Source of the DNA: the human T2T-CHM13v2.0 reference genome, Homo sapiens
Assembly: GCF_009914755.1 (NCBI RefSeq)
Contig: NC_060947.1
Reading direction: 5' to 3' (one strand)
DNA: 64,000 nucleotides
In this document: piece by piece, positions 1 to 12,740 of the stretch
Layout: every line of letters starts with the position of its first letter
How positions within the stretch are numbered: position 1 is the stretch's first letter
Notes under the pieces: model-generated
Told to the model about the DNA's origin: nothing
Seen by the model: only the letters and a program-made list of their open reading frames with translations
The model's database searches: none
Position numbers and translations under genes: made by a program

Positions 1-1130
1 GCTGAGCTCTTGCACTAGGCACCAACATTCCAGACCAAACCAAAATGGAGTGACCCATGCTAAGTGCAAACTAGTCAAACTGAAACTTTAAGGAAGCAGA
101 TGTATTATCAGGGAAGGGTATCCAAGTTACGGGTGGTGAATCTGTATGGGTATGCAGCAACCTCAATTCTTGCCTCCTCAGAAAAAAGATTTTGACTGAG
201 GGGCATACAGCAGATAAAAGAGACTGAGGCAAGTTTTAGAGCAGGAGTGAACGTTTATGAAAAAGGTTTAGAACAGGAATTAAAATAAAGTATTATTGGA
301 AGAGGGCCAAGTGGGCATCTGGGAGGACAAGTGCTCCATTTCACTTTGGACTTAGGGTTTTATATGCTGGCTTACTTCCAGCATCTTGCATCCCTTTTCC
401 CTTCATTCTTCCCTTGAAGTGAGCTACCTGCATGTGTAGTGGCCTGCTAGCACTTGGGAGGTGAGTATGTGCAGTGTGTTTACTGGACTTGTACACATGC
501 TCTCCCAAGGCATTCTTCCCTTTGCTGGTGGAATGCCCCTGAAACATCATATACCATTAAACTCTGCCATTTTGTCTCTTAATGCGCATGTCTGAGTCCA
601 CTCGCTCACCTCCTGAGATCTTATCCAGAAGCTGCTGATCACCAATTTCAGTTTTTTTTTTTTTCTATAGGGTGACTGCCTTTCCCTGGAACTGGCTGTG
701 ACAAATTATTATTTCAGAGAGACAATTAACAACCACCTGACCATCGCCTTATTGTCTGCTGACATTCTTGGTTGTGGATAGGCCCTCTCCTGCCCTGCTC
801 ATGCCTTACTAGCTACCTACTCTAACAAATGGATATCAAAAGTGACCTTTTTTTTTTCTTGAAGAAAAGAGATTCCAGTTTACCTCAGTCAATAATAAGA
901 AAATTTCCTCTGCTTTATTCATTACAAAAAAGTAACCTGATGTTAACAAATTAGATTTCTTTTTCTTTGTTCTGTTTCCTTGCTCCCAATTTAAAGAATC
1001 CAGTGTTCTGCTATTGTCCATTGAGAGCTCTCATTCTATTTTTTTAGAATAAAGGCTGCCTTTATTCGTGAATCACAAACAAAAGCCAATTAGATCTATA
1101 ACTACATTTGCTGTAATTTTGTTTTTCAAC
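1..1130 (+). mobile_element. ERV1 solo LTR (MER34-like), split by the LTR at ~103-827
   Basis: 'ccagaccaaaccaaaatggagtgac..aaactttaaggaagcaga' resumes after 827 and ends with 'gtgaatcacaaacaaaagccaattagatc..tgtttttcaac', matching recalled MER34-group LTR motifs. Confidence 0.6.
103..827 (-). mobile_element. ERV1 solo LTR, MER50-like
   Basis: Reverse complement starts 'tgttagagtaggtagctag..catgagcagggcaggagagggc'; contains 'gcagcaacctcaattcttgcctcctcagaa..gactgaggggcat..gaggcaagttttagagcagg'. Confidence 0.75.
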
Positions 1131-1249
1131 TTTGGTACCAGTATTTCTTTCCTATCTGCCCTTCCGGTTTATCCTAGAAAAATATAGTTTGTATTCCCTA
1201 GACAGTATAAATACAGCAAAACTAAAGCCATTTAAAATCCCTTTACAAT

Positions 1250-1684
1250 TTCAAGGGCTTCTTTACACTTCTGTCAGATAAAGACAAACAGGTACTTAGA
1301 TAGGAGGACACTTCAGTTAAAAAGAAAGACTATTCCAATGGGAGACTGCTCCAGATCTCAAAAACTCTGTGAACATTTCAAAATCAAGCAGAAAAGTGAT
1401 TTTCCTTAATAGGGTAAAAAGGAGACAAGCAGAGATAAGCACGACCATTAGAGGAGAAGTTGGACAAACAAGGGAAAATAACCAATGCGTTCTGACAAAA
1501 ACTGTCCTGCTATGCTCAGGAAAACCAGGGAAAGAGGTTACATTCCACTGTGTTTGTTTGTTTTTGTGCTTGTTCCGGCTTGCAAGTTAGCAGAGTTCAG
1601 GGTCCTAAAGATGAAAGAGAAGCCTAATCAAAGGTTGGTGACAAAGCACAGGGTAAAAAGCAGGCAATTGTAAATACTTGGTCA
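1250..1684 (-). mobile_element. Degenerate ERV1 LTR, MER67/MER31-like
   Basis: 'gagaagcctaatcaaaggttggtgacaa..acttggtca' resembles the reverse of MER67/MER31 starts; left boundary uncertain. Confidence 0.4.
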
Positions 1685-1954
1685 CTTTGAAGGAAACGGT
1701 CAATTAAATTACATTTAGCAGTCTACAATTTGTAAACCACAGTCCTTAAGAAAAGTGGTCTTGAAACATCAGAAACTCAGCTTAGATTTACTGTTTTATT
1801 ATTGATTGACCAATGCAATTGACTTAAATAATAATATTTAATTAATGTTTTATACTATTTAATTATCATCATCTATACACATTCACACAGAGTATGATAA
1901 AATGCAAAGTAAAATATATTTGCTGGTAGAAATAATTATGAGATTTAATAAAGG

Positions 1955-2120
1955 TGTGATCCTATTTGGTTAACTCCTCTGGCCTCATTTTCTTCATCAC
2001 AAATCATTATAATCTATTTTATGTGAGGAATAAATTAAATAAAATGCCATATATAAAAATGCTGAGCATAGTGCCAGGCACATATTAAAAAACCAATAAA
2101 TAGTGGTTGAATAAATGACT
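1955..2120 (+). mobile_element. MIR SINE fragment
   Basis: 'taactcctctggcctcattttcttcatc..gtgaggaataaatt..catagtgccaggcacat..caataaat' MIR core and 3' end. Confidence 0.7.
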
Positions 2121-2177
2121 ACTTGCTGATGAGAAGTATACTATATGAATGAAATTGGACTAGTTGTCTCCCTTAGC

Positions 2178-2291
2178 TTTTTTTTTTTTTTTTTCAGAGC
2201 AGGTGTGGAAGTTTATTAAAAAGCTTTAGAGCAGGAAAGAAAGGAAAGTGCACTTGGAAGACATCCAAGTGGGCAACTTGAAGAACAGTGC
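2178..2291 (-). mobile_element. Processed retrocopy of a MER50-like LTR 3' end, with poly(A) and TSD
   Basis: T17 tract at 2178-2194, then 97 bp similar to ~235-335; AATAAA on the minus strand; flanking repeats ctcccttagctt (2168-2179) and ctcctttagctt (2292-2303). Confidence 0.8.
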
Positions 2292-3305
2292 CTCCTTTAG
2301 CTTCTTAATGTTCTGAGGTGACTGTATTGCATGAGATTATCTCAAAAATTCTTAATTTCTAAATAAAAAAATTGTTAAATTATTTTTCTATGTATTGTCA
2401 CTTACATTCATTAAACTGTAATTGCTTTAAAATTTACTTTTACTTAAGTATAGAACAAAACAGCTTCTAGAAGATATTGAGTTATAGAATCCCAATATAT
2501 AGTGCTATCACATAAACAACCTAATATTCTATCTTTTGAAGTTTAAATGTTAGTATTTGCTACTTATTTTCTTTTGTAAGCAAATAGCATATTAACTTCA
2601 GACATACGTCTCATTTACAAACCTTGATTCTTAATCATGAGGTCTGAAAAAATCCTATTTGACAGAGATTTTTGACATTTCAATATCAGAAATTTATGAT
2701 TTTTCTCTGTGGTGATTTCAGTCATAAGAAAACTCTTAAGTAAGCTAATAACAGTGCTATAAAGGTATTAATTAATTATTACAAAACAATAATACTTGTA
2801 AAATAGGTTACACATTTAATATTTCTTTAACTTATACTATAAACTTTATACCATTTGGTATAATAAATTTTAATAACCACGATAAAACCAACATTCATAT
2901 AACACCTACTAAAACGTAATTTAAGAAGTTAATTATCAGCAGGAAAAAAAGATAGGTTTCCCTTTAAAGTCCTTTGCATATTTGATTAAATCAACTGAAT
3001 TATGGAAGGAATAGTAATTGAATATGAGACTGCCTGAAAAGGCATTAATGAAAAGAAAAATGTATCTGCACCTGAAGTCCAAAAACTACAATTTTTAAAA
3101 AACCTAAAACATAAAATAAGTAACAGAGCCTCTGCTTTTTTTAAGGAGGATAAAATTGGTAAACTTTGAGCAACACTGATGGAGAAGAAAGAAATGTATC
3201 TACCTCACTACGCATCCAACAGACACAGAAAAAAATATTAAAAGGATACTATAAACTCATTTGTTCACACATTTATGTGAATAAACTTAAAAATTTAGTT
3301 GAAAT

Positions 3306-4529
3306 TGTCAAACGTAATTAGATTCAGAAAATATGATTACGTACAGAGTTTATTCGAGCACAAAACTTGAGGAAATGCACATTAAAACCATAATAAGATA
3401 CAATCTTATACCATCACTCAGATGGCAATAATTAAAATGTCCGAAAACAACAAATGTTGGCAAGAGTTTAGATAAAAGGGAATGCTTATACACTGCTGGT
3501 GGGAAGGTAAATTAGTATAACCTTAATGGAAAACAGTATGGAGTTTTCTCAAAATAAAAATAGAACTGCCATTTGATTCAGCAATCCCAGTTCTGGGGTT
3601 ATACCCAAAGCGAAATAAATCATTATATCAAAAGACACCCACACTCTTAGGTTTATTGCAGCACTATTCACAATAGCGAAGATATAAAACCAACCTAAGT
3701 GCCCATCAGTGGAAGATCGGAAAAAGAAAATGCGTTATACATGTATACCATGGAATACTACTTAGCCATTAAAAAAATGAAATCGTGTCTTTTGCAGCAA
3801 CATGGATGGAATTGGAGACCATTATCCTAAGTGAAAAAACCCAGAAAAAGAAAATTAAACACAGTATGTTCTCACTTATAAGTGGGAGCCAAACAATTTG
3901 TATACATGGACATATGGAATAGAAAAATAGACACTGGAGTCTACAAAAGATGGGAGCATGAGAGGTGGGTGAGGGTTGAAAAATTATCTGTAGCATACAA
4001 TGTTCACTATTCCGATGATGTGTACACCAGAAGCTTCACTACTATGCAGCATATACATGTAAGAAATCTGCACTTGTGCTATGTATATATATATGATAGA
4101 GTTTATTTGAGCACAAAGCTTGAGGATAAAAACCCAGGTAACACAGAATCCAAATAAATGGGGTCAGTGAAGAAGTTAAGGTTTTACGTATATAGGCAGA
4201 CATATAAGAATTTAACAAGGTTGCAACAGTATCCACAGGAGTCCAATACATATATTACAGAAATTTGATTGATTACAGTTTGCTGCATTCTAAGGAAGAT
4301 TGCTTTAACATTCCATAAAGAGGGGTAATAGACTTGAAGTGGATCTATCTAGCTCTGGCTTTTTGTAATCATCTACAGTACAAGAATAAAGAGAGGAATT
4401 AATGCATAATCGGAGAAGCAGAAATTGCAACTACATGCTAGGTGACTCAGGCCACTAAGTCACATTCCTGTCAAAGCTCAGATAATTTAAAGTTCTAACA
4501 GCATTAAGTTTGAATTATTTAATTTCACA
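3306..4529 (-). mobile_element. ERV1 solo LTR (MER87-like), interrupted by an L1 3' end
   Basis: TG..CA termini; reverse starts 'tgtgaaattaaataattcaaacttaatgctgttagaactttaaatt..gcctgagtcac'. Confidence 0.6.
3374..4097 (+). mobile_element. 5'-truncated L1 (L1PB4-like ORF2 end and 3' UTR)
   Basis: 'aatgcacattaaaacc..gcagcaacatggatggaattggag..gagggttgaaaaattatc..aatctgcacttgt'; flanked by a 29-bp direct repeat. Confidence 0.85.
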
Positions 4530-6072
4530 AAGTCTACACCTGGCAAGAGAAAACTTCCAGTAGCTAATACAAGAAAAAAATTAATGCGAAGGGTCATATG
4601 CCCATGAAAGAAATTGAATCTACTACAAAAAAATTTCAATAAACAAAATAGACTAGAGTGAACTCACCAGAGAATTCTTCCAACTTCCAAATATTAAAAA
4701 AAATGTCAATCTTAAATAAATTCTTCCAAAAAATTCAGGGTAAGCTTATCAGCTCTTTTTATAAAGTCAAAATAAGTTTGATAACAAAACTCAACTAGAA
4801 TATAGCAAAGTATGAAAATCAGCTTTTTTATTCAAATAGTTGCCAAAATTCTAAATAAAATTTAGCTCCCCTAATACCTATATAAACTTGTTATATATAA
4901 ATTGGGTCATGCATCATGATGAATATAATTTTTTTCAGAAATAATAAAGTTGTCTAACATTTAAAAAAAGGATGCCTTACTACATCATCAACAACCACAA
5001 CAGAAAAACCAAATACATATCTCAATAGATGCAAAAATATTAGATAAAAGGAAACACTCATTTATGATATATGACTTTATGGGAACAAGAAATGGAAGAA
5101 AGCTTTCTTAACCCAGTAAAGCACTACTACAAACAAAATAGTAGGTAATATGTTGAAGACATATTGAAAGATTATCTCTTGAGATCCAGAAAAGGACAAA
5201 CTTGCCCACTGTATCATTCATAGTAAAACAAGGAGAAAACTTAAGTAAAATGAATAAAAATACAATAGGGCAAAGACTTTTAAATGGTTTTATTAGAAGA
5301 TTATGTACTTCTGTGCATAGATGATTCATGAGATTCTATAGGAAAACTATTTGCATTCACAGGTAAATTTAGCAAGCTTGCTCCATAGAAGTGAATATAA
5401 ATAAATTGTTTTTTAATATATGAGTAACAATTAAATAAAGCATACATTTTAAAAGAATATGACACCTTTTATAATAGCATCATAAAACATCAAACATTTC
5501 TGAATAAATTTAAAGAAATATATGCAAGCTTGCTACATTGAAAACTACAAAACATTTTTGAGATAAATCAAAGAAGACCATGGTAAGGGGCTTATCATCT
5601 ATAGATTAGAAGTTTCAAAATCTTATTATTTTAATGACGCCAATCAGAGAAGATAACTAAGTTTACAAAAAATTTTACCATAAAGTGGGGACGGTTAAGA
5701 AGACCTAAATATGACAAAGTATCAATGTTCCAATTCCAGTTTTAAAATATTGATTTTAAATATACTGTAAAAAGTGTGTATTTATTTTTTAATCCTTAGA
5801 GGAACCACTGAAAATTATACAAAGTGATACAGTTAAAATTATATTAGATTAGATAAATTATAGTGGAATAAGAACAAATGTTTAAATAACCCCCAAAAAC
5901 AGAGTACAAGGAAATATTGCAACAAAAATCACAAGAAACAAATAGAAAACAAATAATAAAATGGTATATCTAAATCTGAACATACCAATTATTACATTAG
6001 TGTAAATGTTTACACACAGGAATTTAAAGTCAGAGATTGTTAGAACAGATTTTTTAAATGACCCAAATTTTT

Positions 6073-6523
6073 TGCAGTATAAGTAATGACCACCCAAAGA
6101 TATCAGGTTTGAATCCTTGGAATCTCTAAATGTTACTTTATAAGAGAAAGGTCCTTTGCAGATGTAATTAGGTTAAGAATCTTGAAGTAGGGGAGATTAT
6201 CCTAGTTTATCAGTGTGGCCTTTAATTCAATCACAACTTTCCTTATAAGAGAGATGCAGAGAGAGATTAAACCACCACACACACAGAATAGGTGAAAGCA
6301 ATGTGAAGGCAGAAATTGGAGCAGTGCAGCCACAAGCAAAGGAATGCAGGCAGCCACGAGACGTAGACAGGACAGGGAATATTCTCCTCTAGAGCCTCCA
6401 GAGTGTGATCCTGCCCACACCTTGATTTTTGCCCAGTGATACTGATGTTGAACATGAAGCCACCGGAACTGTTAGAGAATACATTTCTGTTGTTTTAAGC
6501 ACCAAGTCCGTGGTAATTTATTA
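6073..6523 (+). mobile_element. MaLR LTR, MLT1D-like
   Basis: 'cccaaagatatc..ctttgcagatgtaatt..gcagccacaagcaaaggaatgc..ttctcctctagagcctccag..atttctgttgttttaagc..gtggtaattt'. Confidence 0.85.
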
Positions 6524-6531
6524 GGACATTC

Positions 6532-9500
6532 TGTTTTGTCAGTCCTATAATTTCAAGTGCTACTTTGACATCTTTGAGTTTCACAGGGTCCCAAAGTCCT
6601 AGCCATGTGTTTTCCCAACCTGATATGGCTCCCCACACAGTGGGAAAGTTTCCCACCAGGAATGTTTCCTCATTGGCCAAATCAGCTGCACCCTACTCAG
6701 TCCTTGACCTAACAGGTTTCAGTTATTTGACAAACGGCAAAATTATTCAAAGAAGCCAATCACATCTTTACACAGGGACTAAGGAGCACCCCGTCCTCCT
6801 GTTATTAGAAAGAAGGCTTTCTGTAGGCCTTCTCTTTTACTCTGTTACCCAGTGTCACCCTCCTTGTGGCTCTGTATGGTGTGTGGTCTTCTACTGCCAC
6901 AGATTGTAAACAGATGTAACTAATAAACAGGTGTTTATCTCATCTGTCTAGTGTCAGGTGTCTGTGTTCAACAGTCTTGTACTGTTAGGGAATGGGATCC
7001 CTCTTTCACCAATGGGGTGAACAGTAGGTGATCAGAACAATTTATTTCACAAACCAAATGGCTCAGTCAGGACCAAGAACATGTGGACAGATTTAATTAA
7101 CTGCTCTTTTCCAAAGAATAAGTTCCTAATACCGTGAAGGTTGTCTGGGATGGAACTGCCAGCTTGCACTTTGGATTTGCATTGTGTTCTATGGTTTCTC
7201 TCAAGTACTGGCACCTCCTTCCACCTAAAGCGTCATTCTCACTACTGAGGAGATAGCTATTGTTAATTGTATGCTGGCATGAAATGACAACATGTGGGGC
7301 CTGTGTCTGGCAGATGGTCTCTGGGACTTCCACCACTCATTCTAAGGCAGAGGGACTACCAACAAGGTTGTATAATGGACAATGGCAAGCTGATATGCCA
7401 TTAGTAGTAGGGACCACAAGAACACCATGTCTGGAACTGGCTGTCCCCTTGGTGGACTATCAAGCCAAGGCCCTGAAGGATAAAGATTCCAGTGTATTGC
7501 ATGTAGGCTGTTGATGAGAAATTATTTGGGGTGATCACCTGGCCATCCATTAGTAGAGAAAATACCTCCCCAAAACATGCACATAGCCCAGTGCTTACCT
7601 CCTAAGTGCTTGAGAAAGGCAAAATCCTGGTTACCAATGAGAAAAGAATTAAGAACGATTTTCTGATTTCCTTGTAAGAGTGACTGTTGTTCAGGCAAAG
7701 GTTGGGTCCTTTCCCACCTCCTGTGTTGTTGTTGCTTTCCTTGATGCTTTCACGAGTGCACTCCTGAACATCAAAGGTATCAAGTTACACATTCATAATA
7801 TCGTGTTTTCCAACACTGATCAGAAAAAACATGTAGAGGAGAATTTGCTATTCAGCTGTTCTCCAATGTAAAACTCCTGGTCAGTGCACCTGGGCTTTGA
7901 TCAATGTTGCTGCAAAACAGCAAACAAAATGCTAATCTTGTGATCACAAGGCTTTGTGGCCCTCATCTAAGCCATAGACAAAATAGCTTTATTATCTCTG
8001 GACCCGATTTCTGAAGAGATCGACTGGGGCATTCTCAGAGGAGTAGGAGAATTTTCTATTGCCCCCTCACCTCTTTTCTTATAACTACTCAGAGAGACGC
8101 ATGATAAGTGATCAAATGAAGACCTGATTTTTGAATAATCAGATAGAGACAGAAACTACATGGCTAGGTACCCAAAAGATGAAAGACTGTGCAGCAGAAA
8201 ATGGCAGGAGTCATAATAGAAGGTGGTTTTAATCTGTCAGCCTCTGGATTGTGGGCCTATAACTCTTCAACTGCACCAGTCCCCTACTTATGGCTCTTTT
8301 GCAATAAAAGTCCTAATTTTCAAGATCATTGTGGAAAACACCTATGGTATCCTTGTAGCACAGTTAAAGGGTTCATTCAAAACTGACTAGTTAGGCATTC
8401 TTAAACCATATAACCATTGTCATGGGAAAGGTCTCTAGTCCTGATGATACTGATTTGAGGCTCTCTAGTGGAAGAAACTTATGAATAGAAGCAGAGGGAA
8501 AAAAAAACCCTCCTCCCCCCAGATATATCTGTGAGAAAAAAAGAAAGGAAAGAAGAAAAATAAAGATAAGAAAGAAACCAGAACATAGGGAGAAGAAATC
8601 AACAGAATTAGAATGAAAGGTCTATAGTTTGACCCAACTGGAAATCCAAAACTTGCTAAAATAACTTATACAGCAAAATAATATGAAAGGGTGTTGATCA
8701 GCTTTTGTGCATCTTCACATAGGTGTGAATTAACTTTAAAATTTGCCAAAATGCACCAAATAGAAAACCTTCATGAACTTAATCAATGTTGGGGCTAAAA
8801 TTAGTTAGACCCAGAGACTACATTAATGGCAACATCATGAGTGATTTTGCTTAGTAGAATGTGGCCATTTCCATCCCCTTAATCAGGATGTGCCCAATAA
8901 AGGGCAGGGTCCAAAGATCAACATAATTGGTCCCACTAAATTTAAGCATGATATTCATACTCTCTATAGTCTTAGAGGATCAACTAAATATAAAATAGAA
9001 ATTAAATACATATGCCCTACCTTAACAATCAGAACTACTAACTCGACTAAATTTCCCATAGTCATTGCATCCATTGCCCTAAAATACCCTATGGTGGACA
9101 GAGATGTTCTGATAGAATGATAAATATATTAGACTTAATTATTTTGCACTTACAAATTGGCTTGAAATAATGAGACCCAATGGACCCCACAGGTAAAATT
9201 GTTAATATGACCCCAATATAAGTTAAAACAGACCCTTCAATAATTGGAATTTATTCTATGAAACTTTAATTAGTGGAGTAGTAATTATCGTTACTGCTCT
9301 TTTCATTTAGCAGGCCAATTTTGACTGTTGTTAAACTGACAAAAGAAAGAATGAGTGGTGCCTCACAGTAGATTAATTCAAACTTATTGCTCTAATCCAA
9401 TAAATCCACATAACAACATCCAATATTATTAAAATTACTAAATCTATCCAATCAGCAACTAATAAATATTTTAAAATTATAAATTTGGCTAATATGTTTG

Positions 9501-11362
9501 ATTCAGTACCCTTTTAGCTGCAGTTTGCTTTCCCCTTTAAGGGGACAAAGTACAACTTTACCAGACTACTCATGGGATACTTCAGCAGCTTTTTCATTGC
9601 ATCTAATTTTCTCCAGGAACAGAGGTATGGCATGACATTAATGATACCCCCCTCTGGAGAAATTTATTTGACACACTCACTAAGGATATATAAGTCCACC
9701 ATCTTTAGTCATTTTGGGTTCTGGAGGCAACATTTTCCTCACTTAAAATTTTACTTAATCTCACTGATGTTGTTATTTACAAATGGGCCCTCCTTAAAGA
9801 AATCTTCCTCCAACAAAAGGCTCTATGATCAGTCCAGACTGAGATCAGCAGGTACCAGAGACTACGTCACTGCAGTGGCTTCAGCAACCTTTATTATGCC
9901 TCATGGAGTCTTTGCACCACTTATCAAGGCCATCAGTTGGCCCATGAGCTTCTGATACAAGAACCTGCCCTTCTCAGCACTATACACCATTAGAGTGGCA
10001 ACTGCTGTCCACATATTCTTCTGGAAATAGAGGTTCTCATAGACCTTGAACCTCTTACCCTACATATCCTCCTACCCATTATTCACTGGGTCATGAAGTA
10101 GTGTCCCACAAGCTTGACACTGCTACCAAGGACTGCTTGCTACAATATGGAGGCAAATATGGGCCCTCTGACATATTCTACTTGCAGTACGGGGTAGCCT
10201 CCCCTGTCCTCAAGTGCCTTGATAGGTGCTATGGTGCTAGAGGAGCTTATTCCTCCCCGAGACCCCTTGGCTACCCAGGGAGCCCCTTAGGATTAACTGG
10301 GTAAATAACAAGGGAGGGTATACACTTTATGGATGGCATGCACTATATTAATAGCACCATCATAAGTGATGTTGCCCAGTAGAATGTGGCCATTTCCATC
10401 CCCTTAATCAGGATGTTCCTGATAAAGAGCAGGGTCCTAGCATCAACACAATTGGTCAAACTTAAGTCATTCATCTCAGCACTGGATACCCTGACCAACA
10501 AATAGATCCGTCCAAGCATTTTTACAAACTCTTGGACTATTTCCCAAGATTTACTCCCTTTGTAGTAGATAAGTCTGGGGAATATCTTGACTCACAGATG
10601 CCCAAAATGTAAACCAAAGGTACAGGTGTATCTACATATGGTAAGGCCATAATAAAATGCCTCATCAGGTCTCTCCTTACCTCATTTGGAGTTGCAGATG
10701 TTACTGATAGTGACCAAGACACATGCTTCACTTCTCACAATACATAGTCCTTAGCTCTTGAAAAAAAACATTCAATGGAACTTTCATCTCCTTGATAGGA
10801 CCCAGAGAACCCATTAAATTGAGAGGCATAATGGGCTCCTAAAGGAATTTTTATTTAAGTTATAAAGGGATAAATAGATCCTCTGTTTAGTGTCGCTATT
10901 TCCACAGTGACCGATTAGTCCGAGTTCAAGCCTTCTGGGAACATACAATCCCTACACCAATGCCATAAAGTTCCCTCATTTGCCTTCATTGGCCATAAAG
11001 TTGGGAACACCTCTAAGGTTCATGTTTTTGGTGACCACTTCACCACATGGCCATCTCCTTCTGGTGAAATGCCTAGTTTACTTCCTAGGGAGGCATTTCT
11101 CCTCTTTCTAGTCTAGTTTTAGTCATCACTGAGGTCTAAATGGATGCCAAGGCATCAAGGGTCAATTGTACTGTAAAATACAGAATTTCATATGCAGCCT
11201 TTACAACTTTGACACTCATAGGGCCCCAAAGGCCTAGCTGTGAGTTTCATTGCTTATGCCAGTTTATGTTCCTCCAACCCAGTGGGAGTCTCCCTTCCCA
11301 GGTAGTTCCTCCATCAGCCAGAACAACTGTACTTCACCTGGCCCTGGACCCAATGGGTCTTA
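6532..11362 (+). mobile_element. Ancient ERVL-class provirus: 5' LTR 6532-7039, internal 7040-11166, truncated 3' LTR 11167-~11362 (MER54/MER74-like LTRs)
   Basis: Both ends share 'ctttgaca..(c/t)aggg(t/c)cccaaag(t/g)cctagc'; pol remnants lie between; no env seen. Confidence 0.75.
9190..10860 (+). pseudogene. Decayed ERV pol (RT, RNase H, integrase), with stops and deletions
   Basis: Manual translation gives NEWCLTVD* (~9350), KYFKIINLANMFDSVP (~9464), QFAFPFKGTKYNFTRLLMGYFSS (9521), HDINDT for YIDD (~9631), FGFWRQHFPHL, FMDG (~10326), FGVADVTDSDQDTCFT (10685) and IERHNGLLK (10818). Confidence 0.85.
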
Positions 11363-11650
11363 TTATACTGTCAGTCCATAAAATTATTCAAGCAACTAAG
11401 TCATTTGTTATATGGGTATGTTCATATTGTAAAAATTTATGATTTGTATATTTTTCTGTTTAGATGTTACACTACCATAAAAATTTTAGAAAATGAGTTT
11501 AAAAAACTGCAATTTGTGTAACACATACTATTAAGAGAGTAAGAATTATAAATGTAAGCTCTCATACTCTAATTCAAATTATAGATGTGAGCTTTCATAT
11601 TACCAAGATGTGTATTTTGCATGTAACCATATCTGTCTTTGTCTCTGTCT

Positions 11651-11659
11651 TTCTCTCTC

Positions 11660-11703
<44 letters not shown>
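11651..11703. repeat. (CT)n-(CA)19 microsatellite
   Basis: Read directly. Confidence 0.95.
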
Positions 11704-11706
<3 letters not shown>

Positions 11707-11738
11707 CTCTCTAATATATGTCAAAAACATACTCTGGA

Positions 11739-11926
11739 CCATCATTCTCCAACTTTTGTGTGCATAAGAATCACTTTAAAAGTTTGCTAAATCCTGATTA
11801 TTGGTCCCAATTCCAAGAGTTTCTGATTCAGCAAGTCTGGGGTGGAGCCCACAAATTTACATTTCTAACAATTTCTCATTTGTTGCTAATGCTGCTACTC
11901 CGAAGACCACACTTTGAGAATCACTG
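11739..11926. mobile_element. MER5A hAT-Charlie DNA transposon
   Basis: 'gcataagaatcac..gagtttctgattcagcaagtctggggtggagccc..atttctaacaa..gaccacactttgagaatcactg'. Confidence 0.85.
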
Positions 11927-12569
11927 AAGTAAATATAATTAAATCAGAAAAACAAAGGAAACTGTTATCTTAAGGTTATAAATGTTTAGATGAGCTCAAA
12001 ATATCTACTTTAATATTCAACAATTTCCATTTCTAGGACTGGAAACTTGAAAAGTGAAGATGCATGGTGTATAAGACAAGTGAGATTTTAAAATTATTAA
12101 AGTCATTATAGGTCATTCTGAATGAATAAATTAATCTGAGGGTACAAACAGAACATTATGTTTATGAGAAAAATAACAATGTTTTATAAAGCTATTTACT
12201 GGATTTTATAAAATTATACCAGTGATATGTATTGCCTGACCTAATTAATTTTCAAATGCTCCCCAGACGGAAGGAAAACACACATTGAAGGAAAAAAAAT
12301 CGAAAAGATCAATTGTGATTCAAAATATAATTACATACATGCCTTGTAATAACTGACTGTCTGAAAATGAAAATACATTGAAGTAATAATATGACAACAC
12401 ATACATCAGTTCTATGAAATTATTTAGATAAATTTGCAAACAAGTCTTTTTTAAAACAAATTACCAGTCCATCTTTGGGTATCATGGTACCAATTATTTT
12501 ACCATATATATAGTATTGTAGAGATAGACATTTAAAAGACTTGAACTGTGTGCCAGTCACCTGAGACTT

Positions 12570-12740
12570 CATGAACAAATCTTATATAATACTTAAAACT
12601 GCTGTGAATTAAGTTGCATGTCCATTTGAAAGAACAGGAAACTGAAGCTAAGTATATTTAATTAACTTACGAAGCATATAAAGATGATAGATGGAGTATG
12701 CAAGATTTGGATTCACCTCTGTTTGATTTTAAAGCAGAGT
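12570..12740 (-). mobile_element. MIR fragment
   Basis: 'ccatttgaaagaacaggaaactgaagct..taactt..agatttggattcacctctgtttgatt'. Confidence 0.55.

Larger units (their letters stand above)
3050..6072 (+). mobile_element. Ancient L1M ORF2 fragments, interrupted at 3306-4529
   Basis: 'aaaattggtaaactt..ggatactataaac..aaaaatttagttgaaat' resumes as 'aaagaaattgaatc..atctcaatagatgcaaaa..attgaaaactacaaaacatt'; a second ORF2 N-terminal piece lies at ~5650-6070. Confidence 0.75.
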
